Positions 1 through 6,194 of a stretch of DNA of 43,892 nucleotides are shown in pieces. Source of the DNA: a virus. The notes under the pieces were generated by a model. It had not been told where the DNA came from. It saw only the letters and a list, made by a program, of their open reading frames with translations, and did no database searches. The stretch is taken from the UHGV virus genome UHGV-0392495. The stretch is one strand, 5' to 3'. Made by a program: the position numbers and the translations under genes. The stretch's first letter is position 1, and each line of letters begins with the position of its first letter.

Positions 1-17
1 TTTAAGAAGGAAAATTT

Positions 18-428
18 ATGAATGATAAGCAGCGATTAATGATAGAGGGGATGGACAGGCTCCTTAGGAGATTTAATAAATATCCGAACGATAAAGAGTT
101 TACCGTGGAAGAAATTATAGAAGTATCTAACGAAATATATGATGAAATCGTGAAAGAGGAGAAATTAGGATTTCCGGAATATCGGAGGAAAGGACAGATT
201 ATGAGACTGATAGATGCAGATAAGGTGGATTTTAGTGATGTTTTTGTCGGTGCATCTGATTTCGCAAGGGAAACACGAGAGGCTGCTAAAAGTTTAATTG
301 ATATGCAGCCATCTATTGAACCGGCTCAGCTGATTCTTAATAATTGTCAGGGGTGTGCACATGATACCCCAGGAGTCGAATGCTTGCATTGTATGAGAGC
401 ATTTTCAGATTGCTATTTTAAACCATAA
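18..428 (+). CDS. hypothetical early protein, Cys-rich C-terminus (CxxC...CxxC)
   Basis: ATG at 18 after AAGGA; 136-aa ORF; stop TAA immediately followed by TTAGCATTTGGAGG boundary motif; no family recognised. Confidence 0.5.
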   Translation: MNDKQRLMIEGMDRLLRRFNKYPNDKEFTVEEIIEVSNEIYDEIVKEEKLGFPEYRRKGQIMRLIDADKVDFSDVFVGASDFARETREAAKSLIDMQPSIEPAQLILNNCQGCAHDTPGVECLHCMRAFSDCYFKP

Positions 429-449
429 AATTAGCATTTGGAGGATTAT

Positions 450-596
450 GTGGAAGAAAAATGTCTTGATTGTAAATGGTGTGAAATCATTGAGAATGGT
501 GCATATGGATTTTTGGGTGAATCGCTATTGACATGTGCAATAGATGAAGAAGATACGGAAGATATTTCAGTATGCTTTGAACCAAAAGAAAATTAG
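450..596 (+). CDS. small Cys-rich protein (48 aa, two CxxC pairs), GTG start
   Basis: hand-translated; GGAGG at 440-444 then 5 nt then GTG 450; open to TAG 594-596, which lies inside the next boundary motif; not in ORF track (<60 aa). Confidence 0.35.
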   Translation: MEEKCLDCKWCEIIENGAYGFLGESLLTCAIDEEDTEDISVCFEPKEN

Positions 597-617
597 CATT
601 TAGAAAAGGAGTGGGCT

Positions 618-830
618 ATGAAATGCAATCAGTGTGGAAAAAGTAGCGCATACCTGGATACATCGTGTTGCTGGCTGGCAAGGTGTGACCATCTGGGGAC
701 AACGAAAGTAATTGGAGAGTGCTCCAGGTGCGGAGGAGATATAACAGCAAAATGTGACGAGAATGGTCCACCGGCATGGGATTGCGACCTGGGACAGAGT
801 AATCAATCCTGCATTCATTATGCAGATTAG
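618..830 (+). CDS. small Cys-rich protein (70 aa)
   Basis: RBS AAAAGGAG upstream of ATG 618; many Cys (CNQCG, SCCW, CSRCGG, C..C); stop TAG embedded in boundary motif. Confidence 0.5.
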   Translation: MKCNQCGKSSAYLDTSCCWLARCDHLGTTKVIGECSRCGGDITAKCDENGPPAWDCDLGQSNQSCIHYAD

Positions 831-928
831 CATTTGGAGGTTTGTATGGAATTTTTAAGTGAACATTGGGTTCTTATTTATGGGATGTTTATGTATGGTA
901 TGGGACTGCTAACTGGCTCTATCAAAAA

Positions 929-948
929 GAAACGTTAATTAACGTTTC
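929..948. promoter_or_regulatory. perfect 20-bp palindrome GAAACGTTAATTAACGTTTC
   Basis: seen directly, 17 nt upstream of ATG 965. Confidence 0.4.
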
Positions 949-964
949 CGGGAGGAGCCGGAGC

Positions 965-1147
965 ATGAAAGAAAAGATAAACGATTATGAGATGTCCATT
1001 AGGAAAACTACAAAGAAATCCGCAAAATGCTCTATATGTGGATATCGACGGCCAGAGATGTATCTTATTCATCGGCACGGCGACAGTTACTACATGTGCC
1101 GTGAGTGTGTAAGCTATTTCTTGGCGATAGCAGCGTTGATGGAGTAA
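965..1147 (+). CDS. zinc-ribbon small protein (CSICG...CRECV), 60 aa
   Basis: internal ATG 965 preceded by GGGAGGAG (951-958), preferred over track start 866; two CxxC pairs; perfect 20-bp palindrome 929-948 just upstream. Confidence 0.45.
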   Translation: MKEKINDYEMSIRKTTKKSAKCSICGYRRPEMYLIHRHGDSYYMCRECVSYFLAIAALME

Positions 1148-1360
1148 TTTAGCATTTGAGAAATAAAAAAGAGCCTTGCGGCTCTGCCCGACGTTTTCGC
1201 TGGCCTGTGCACCGGCCTGGAACTTAATCCGAGGGTGAGGAATTGCAACCACACAAGGGTCTACTGACGGCTTTGCGTTCCCTGTTATTTAATATCATTA
1301 TAACAGATTTGTTTACAAAATCAATAAGAAAATTAGCGATATTGTGCAGAAAGGATAATC

Positions 1361-1525
1361 ATGAATGGATTAATTGGTATGTGGCTTATGTTTTCCGCAG
1401 TCATCTTCGGATGCATTTGTCTATTCGGGATGGATTTTACATTCAAACAAAAGATTTGGGCGATGGTGCATTTTGAAATGTTTATAACTGCACTTTTAGC
1501 AGGAGCGTACTTTTTGAGTAAGTGA
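1361..1525 (+). CDS. small hydrophobic membrane protein (54 aa)
   Basis: hand-translated; RBS AAAGGA then ATG 1361; two predicted TM segments; overlapping alternative-frame ORF 1243-1476 looks random. Confidence 0.35.
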   Translation: MNGLIGMWLMFSAVIFGCICLFGMDFTFKQKIWAMVHFEMFITALLAGAYFLSK

Positions 1526-1566
1526 TGGGGAAACCGAATATTAGCATTTAGGAGGTACAAAGCAGA

Positions 1567-1755
1567 ATGAAAGCGTTTCAGTGCAGCCGGTGTGTGCAGT
1601 TACAGCAGGATGATTTATCAGATAAGGTTTTCTGCCCTTTTGCTCAGCCGGTGCCTAGATATCGTGATAAATCAGACAGGGAGTTGTGCTTGGCGGCATT
1701 TAAGTCGTTGCCGCCAGAACGACAATGGCATGAGCGATTCGGATGGGAAAATTAA
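1567..1755 (+). CDS. hypothetical protein
   Basis: ATG after TTTAGGAGGTACAAAGCAGA; 62 aa; stop TAA inside variant boundary motif (TTAACATTT). Confidence 0.4.
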   Translation: MKAFQCSRCVQLQQDDLSDKVFCPFAQPVPRYRDKSDRELCLAAFKSLPPERQWHERFGWEN

Positions 1756-1778
1756 CATTTAAATTAAAGGAGCAATCA

Positions 1779-2120
1779 ATGAGAAGAAAACTAACTAAGG
1801 CAGAGCGGGAACTTGTTTATGAGAAATGCCAAGGGCATTGCGCTTATTGCGGTCGTGATCTGGAATACAAGGACATGCAGGTAGACCATGTTACTCCTTT
1901 GCGGATTGGAGGGGTAGATGAATTACATAATATGCTGCCAGCGTGTCGGAACTGTAATCACTATAAAGCGACTTTTGACGTTGAGGGATATCGCCAGTAT
2001 CTGGCCGGTATATCTCACCGACTAATGAGAGACAGTATACCCTTTCAGGTCGGGATTAGATTTGGTTTAGTGCAACATGTCAAGGATGATGTCACATTTT
2101 ACTTTGAGACATTAGATTAG
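1779..2120 (+). CDS. HNH endonuclease
   Basis: AAAGGAG RBS then ATG 1779; motif CQGHCAYCG...DHVTPL...CRNCNHYK is the classic HNH Cys4/His-Asn signature (established family knowledge). Confidence 0.8.
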   Translation: MRRKLTKAERELVYEKCQGHCAYCGRDLEYKDMQVDHVTPLRIGGVDELHNMLPACRNCNHYKATFDVEGYRQYLAGISHRLMRDSIPFQVGIRFGLVQHVKDDVTFYFETLD

Positions 2121-2152
2121 CATTTCCGGGATTTCGGAGAAAGGGTTAAATA

Positions 2153-2353
2153 ATGAAAAATGTAAAAGTGTATAAGCTGAACTTTGATAAAACATGGAGT
2201 TTGGAGAAGGAATTTGATGAAAAAGTATCATGCATTGCTGCCACGGATGGCAATTATGTTGTTGTTTTATCGGAGGAAGACTATTTTGGAAAACTTGTAT
2301 ATTTGTATGATATGAATCAGTACAAGATTGAAATACTTCCTCACGAAAACTGA
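2153..2353 (+). CDS. hypothetical protein
   Basis: 66-aa ORF after boundary motif; ATG preceded by AAAGGG. Confidence 0.4.
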   Translation: MKNVKVYKLNFDKTWSLEKEFDEKVSCIAATDGNYVVVLSEEDYFGKLVYLYDMNQYKIEILPHEN

Positions 2354-2517
2354 AATTTTTCCGACTAAAGAAAAATAAATAGAGGAACATATATGCACAG
2401 AATAAAAACTGAGCGATGGTCACCCGCCAAGATGATTCCACCGCTCCCGTAAATACGTCTGAGTATATTATACCTTACTCGGACGTGAAAATCAATACGA
2501 ATGAGGAGGATATAATT

Positions 2518-3564
2518 ATGAGTACACAGACAATAAAAGCTGAAATCATCAACAATGTACTGGTAGCAATGTCCTTATATATCATGGAGCAGCAGACTCT
2601 TACCATTCTGCAAAATGTAATGCAGCAGGAATTGGTTAGGGTGAACATGGAAGAAATAACTACACTTCCAGTAGAAAGAAAAAATGATATAAGTCAACGG
2701 AATCAGTACATAATACAGTTATTCCTGATTAAAAAGCGTGATTTAGCAAGAGGAACCAAAGAAAACTATCTTAATTCCATACGAAGATTGCTGACAGAGA
2801 TAAGCACAAAATCACTGGACCAGATGGACACCACTGATATTGATTGGTATTTATCGCGATATGAAATCAGAAATGTGTCCAGTGGAGGAAAGAAAAACCA
2901 GCCTAGCACTTATAATAACGAGCGCCGTTTTTTGTCAGCATTCTTTACATGGATGCGCCTTGAGAAGCTTATTACAGATAATCCGGTAGAGTCTATACCG
3001 GCTAAAAAAGTACCCATTAAACCAATTGATTACTACAGCCCGGAAGAATCTGCAAGATTAAGGGATGCGTGCAAAAATATCCGCGAGAGGGCCTTGCTAG
3101 AGGTACTTCGAAGTACTGGAGCCAGGATAGGGGAGATTGCAGAAATAACTCTGGACCAGATAGACATGAGAACCGGCGATATTTGGATACAGGGAGAGAA
3201 AGGCGGAAGATATCGGACTATCTATCTGGATGATGATGCGCGTCATTACTACGGACTGTATTTGGACAGCAGGAAAGATGATTGTCCATATATGTTCCCA
3301 CGCTCCAGAAAACCGTATGGAAAGATGACTACTTGTGGATTTCGGGCGATATTGAAAACCATAAGGAAAAGAGCTGGACTCACATGTCGCGTATATCCGC
3401 ATAAGTCACGAAAGACGCTGGGGATGAATCTGAAAAATCGAGGGGTTGATATTGGAACCATACAGGAAATTATGGGACATGCAGACCCAGGAGTTACGGC
3501 ACGTTATTATGCACAGTCTAACCCGCGCACTCTTCGTTCAGTAAGAGAAAGAGTTAATGTGTAG
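2518..3564 (+). CDS. tyrosine site-specific recombinase (XerD/phage integrase family), second recombinase of the element
   Basis: ATG 2518 after GAGGAGG; C-terminal catalytic-domain hallmarks visible (LLEVLRSTGARIGEI..., HKSRKTLGMNL..., GHADPGVTARYY = R...HxxR...Y pattern); not adjacent to attP. Confidence 0.85.
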   Translation: MSTQTIKAEIINNVLVAMSLYIMEQQTLTILQNVMQQELVRVNMEEITTLPVERKNDISQRNQYIIQLFLIKKRDLARGTKENYLNSIRRLLTEISTKSLDQMDTTDIDWYLSRYEIRNVSSGGKKNQPSTYNNERRFLSAFFTWMRLEKLITDNPVESIPAKKVPIKPIDYYSPEESARLRDACKNIRERALLEVLRSTGARIGEIAEITLDQIDMRTGDIWIQGEKGGRYRTIYLDDDARHYYGLYLDSRKDDCPYMFPRSRKPYGKMTTCGFRAILKTIRKRAGLTCRVYPHKSRKTLGMNLKNRGVDIGTIQEIMGHADPGVTARYYAQSNPRTLRSVRERVNV

Positions 3565-3575
3565 GAAGGAGGGCT

Positions 3576-3878
3576 ATGAGGACCAGGTATAAGAACTATA
3601 GTGATTATGGAATTACGGAGGATGAAGCCAAACGCATAAAAGAATACTGCCAGACCGCCAGCGTAGAAGATAAGCTAACATTGTTCCAGTGCGCCATATC
3701 ATCGGCTCCTGGCCTGGAGGTAGAGATATACGAAAGCCTTGTAAGTAATATCGGATATGACAAGATGAGTAAGAGGAAGAATATACCAATTAAACGGGAT
3801 GACTTTTACGGGTATCAAAGAAAAACACTGGATGAATATAGGCGGTTGATGACATTGTTTGGGAGGTGGAAAGGATGA
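3576..3878 (+). CDS. hypothetical protein, co-transcribed with recombinase
   Basis: strong RBS AGGAAGGAGGG then ATG 3576; balanced composition; 3' end overlaps antisense with 3699-4109(-). Confidence 0.5.
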   Translation: MRTRYKNYSDYGITEDEAKRIKEYCQTASVEDKLTLFQCAISSAPGLEVEIYESLVSNIGYDKMSKRKNIPIKRDDFYGYQRKTLDEYRRLMTLFGRWKG

Positions 3879-4109
3879 AAAATGGTCATATAAAGGCAAG
3901 CGAATTATTGTGAATTGGTGACAGCATCCATATCCTAAGAAAAAATAAGGGAAGGTCCGTCCGCAGTCTGTACAGGTACTTTTTAGTACAACATTTTCCG
4001 CACGGCTGACCCTGGCGCATTCGGGACACATGGTGCTGTCGGCGCCACCAAAGTATATTTTCCCACACCGCTTGCACGAACGTTGTGTCCTCCTCCTCAC
4101 ATCGGACAT
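3699..4109 (-). CDS. double zinc-ribbon protein (CKRCG...CPEC; CTDCG)
   Basis: minus-strand ATG 4109 preceded by AAGGAGG; N-terminal 55 aa convincing; C-terminal part is antisense to 3576-3878 and may be a fortuitous extension. Confidence 0.45.
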   Translation of the reverse strand: MSDVRRRTQRSCKRCGKIYFGGADSTMCPECARVSRAENVVLKSTCTDCGRTFPYFFLGYGCCHQFTIIRLPLYDHFSSFPPPKQCHQPPIFIQCFSLIPVKVIPFNWYILPLTHLVISDITYKAFVYLYLQARSR

Positions 4110-4111
4110 AC

Positions 4112-4996
4112 CTACCGCCTCCTTGCATCCGTATATGGAGTATTCTTATCAATCAGCCACTCATTTCCCAGCCTTTCTGCCTCAAGCGTCCCTCTCAGAA
4201 TCTTCTGACGGACATTAGCCGGATTGACCCCATGGATTTTCGCATATTCCCTGATGGTGACATAATTGTACAGGGGACCATCATCATTACCAGCCGTTAC
4301 ATCGGGGGACGAGGTAAGCCATTGAAGGGCGTGACATATCTTTTGGCTGGCAACGTATCCTGGGGCGCAGACTGGCCTATCGTCAACGGATTCCTCCGCC
4401 TTAGGATTCAGGAATAGCTTTGCCATATCCCCCTGCTTCCTCAGGTTCTTGGGGTATCCATATGGGATATATGCCGGTTCCCCGGTAATTGAGCATAATC
4501 CATTGATTGGGAGACTGTCCACATAGTACCGTGTCCAATCATAGTTAATGGTGGTCCTCAATCCAGGAATCCCAAACGACACAGAGATACTCTTAATAGG
4601 GACAGGGATAGAGTCTATAATTGGTTTAAGCTCATGCAGTAACAGGCCGGTACCAGCATGGGCATATACTGCTTTGGCGAGCGGGTCATCGACATGCGTA
4701 ATATAATCCTCAAGCTGTTCCATGTATGCAGCAAACCTGTCCTCATACCCTGGAAGGTTCCCAACATAAGACAGGTTATCATGTATCAAGTGAGGAGCTA
4801 TGTTGGATGTCCGGTATTCTGACTGCTCCGTGCAGGGAACGATTGCTGTCTCATTGATATACATTGCGCCCATGAAGTTCCCGTTCGGGTTAAGGAGGAC
4901 CCCAATCTTGGGGGTTATTGTGGTATGTGCCGGTGGTGCCACGACCTTATAGGATTCAAGCTTATCATATAGGTCTAATAGTTCCTTATATATCAT
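4112..4996 (-). CDS. 294-aa protein with C-terminal excisionase/MerR-type HTH (HTH_17-like) and unrecognised N-terminal domain
   Basis: RBS GGAGGA 7 nt before ATG; C-terminus YVTIREYAKIHGVNPANVRQKILRGTLEA matches HTH_17-type DNA-binding motif; N-terminal 220 aa has no family I recognise. Confidence 0.6.
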   Translation of the reverse strand: MIYKELLDLYDKLESYKVVAPPAHTTITPKIGVLLNPNGNFMGAMYINETAIVPCTEQSEYRTSNIAPHLIHDNLSYVGNLPGYEDRFAAYMEQLEDYITHVDDPLAKAVYAHAGTGLLLHELKPIIDSIPVPIKSISVSFGIPGLRTTINYDWTRYYVDSLPINGLCSITGEPAYIPYGYPKNLRKQGDMAKLFLNPKAEESVDDRPVCAPGYVASQKICHALQWLTSSPDVTAGNDDGPLYNYVTIREYAKIHGVNPANVRQKILRGTLEAERLGNEWLIDKNTPYTDARRR

Positions 4997-5010
4997 TGAT
5001 ATCGTCCTCC

Positions 5011-5352
5011 TTATCTTATCTTCCTCACGACTTCTGGCCCATGCATTACTATTTCATGCTCGTCCTCACCATGTTCCCATCCCCAGGATGAATCAATGTA
5101 GACGAGGTATACATATTTTCCTTGATAGTTGGCAGTCAGTGCTTCATTGTAACTATCCAACTCGCCAAAATCCGCATCAAGAACCCCATCAAGATAATCA
5201 AGGAAATCTGTATCATCAGATACCCGTATTGCGCAGGTGCCTGATAGTTCCTCGCCGGTATCAACACCATTTTCAAAGCGGTGGCTTGCAGGTATCTCAT
5301 CACCAATACTAAATTCCCTATCGTCAAATCTGATTCCCCATATCTTACTCAT
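5011..5352 (-). CDS. small highly acidic protein (113 aa, Asp/Glu-rich)
   Basis: first gene of leftward operon; GGAGG upstream; strongly acidic composition (DNA-mimic-like or immunity-like); function unknown. Confidence 0.5.
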   Translation of the reverse strand: MSKIWGIRFDDREFSIGDEIPASHRFENGVDTGEELSGTCAIRVSDDTDFLDYLDGVLDADFGELDSYNEALTANYQGKYVYLVYIDSSWGWEHGEDEHEIVMHGPEVVRKIR

Positions 5353-5386
5353 TGTTCTTACCTCCGCTGTTATCTTATATCTATAT

Positions 5387-5450
5387 AATAATACTTTTTC
5401 GTATTAATGTCAAGGGGAAAGTGAAAAAAATAATACTTTTTCGTATTAAT
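5387..5450. promoter_or_regulatory. two copies of 22-bp operator-like palindrome AATAATAC-TTTTTC-GTATTAAT upstream of the leftward operon
   Basis: copies at 5387-5408 and 5429-5450; each contains inverted repeat TAATAC/GTATTA; positioned 35-100 nt upstream of ATG at 5352(-). Confidence 0.55.
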
Positions 5451-5477
5451 ACAAATAGACTTTGGGTGCTAATATCA

Positions 5478-5570
5478 TTACCACACCCATGTGTAGAATA
5501 ATGTGGGGACGATTTACATTAACCACACATGGTAAAATTAGTATAGGACTATTATACCACATGGGGTAAA
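5478..5570. repeat. three iteron-like repeats ACCACA(C)CATG(G/T)G in divergent intergenic region
   Basis: 5478-5496, 5520-5537, 5552-5570; seen directly. Confidence 0.45.
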
Positions 5571-5573
5571 AAC

Positions 5574-5765
5574 ATGATTATTAATCTATTAAGGGAATGC
5601 TGTGAAAACTGTATTCACATTGATGCAAAAGCCGAAAACATAGTTACATCATATAGAAATATGCTGGAATCTAATGTGGTAAAATCCACGACTGCAACTA
5701 TTTGGTGCACACACATGGAAGTATGCAAAGAATACCGCGAGGAAGAAAGCAAAGATGAATCTTAG
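5574..5765 (+). CDS. hypothetical protein
   Basis: 63-aa ORF, weak RBS. Confidence 0.4.
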   Translation: MIINLLRECCENCIHIDAKAENIVTSYRNMLESNVVKSTTATIWCTHMEVCKEYREEESKDES

Positions 5766-6018
5766 TTCAATCATGAAAAAGCTCCAGCGTGCCATATTGC
5801 AGACCAGACTTATAATCAAGATATCCACCAATCAATTCTATAGCGAGGAACAGGGGCGCATGATAACGATATGGATATTAAGCACCCCTGTGCTACAGCA
5901 GGATAAGCATGGAGGGTGGAAAATCAGGGATTATGAGATACTGCGGAGTGCATCGGGGATTGAGGTTGTAAAGTGCTTGCAGGAGATATGGGAGGCGGTG
6001 AAGGGATGGAAAAGATAA
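5755..6018 (+). CDS. hypothetical protein
   Basis: 87-aa ORF overlapping neighbours by a few nt (operon-like packing). Confidence 0.4.
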   Translation: MNLSSIMKKLQRAILQTRLIIKISTNQFYSEEQGRMITIWILSTPVLQQDKHGGWKIRDYEILRSASGIEVVKCLQEIWEAVKGWKR

Positions 6019-6143
6019 AATTGTTACCTTGTCCGTTTTGTGGCGGGAGTCCAGAAAAAACAAGAAATGGCGGATTGAAAGGCATAAACTGTAGCAATCC
6101 GGGATGTATAGCATTTGATATACAAGCGTTTTATTGCCGTTGA
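6006..6143 (+). CDS. Lar-family restriction-alleviation-like zinc-ribbon microprotein (45 aa)
   Basis: hand-translated MEKIKLLPCPFCGGSPEK...NCSNPGC; the N-terminal L(K/L)PCPFCGG motif is the signature of Lar-family proteins as I recall it; below 60-aa track threshold. Confidence 0.5.
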   Translation: MEKIKLLPCPFCGGSPEKTRNGGLKGINCSNPGCIAFDIQAFYCR

Positions 6144-6194
6144 AAAAAGGCTATACATGCATGGAACAGAAGGTATGATAAGGATGGTGGTTAA

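Larger units (their letters stand above)
431..2125 (+). repeat. seven dispersed copies of gene-boundary motif (A)TTAGCATTT(G)GAGG (stop codon + RBS module)
   Basis: TTAGCATTT at 431, 593, 827, 1149, 1541, 2117 and variant TTAACATTT at 1752; in four cases the TAG/TAA inside the motif is the stop of the upstream ORF. Confidence 0.8.

Noticed and set aside
1243-1476. 77-aa + ORF overlapping the small membrane ORF 1361-1525
   Set aside because: No RBS, random-looking composition; the overlapping frame with AAAGGA RBS is preferred (itself low confidence)
431-2125. CRISPR array hypothesis for the TTAGCATTT repeats
   Set aside because: Spacing irregular (162-392 bp), repeat only about 14 bp and always at ORF junctions with RBS; it is a gene-boundary motif, not a CRISPR array
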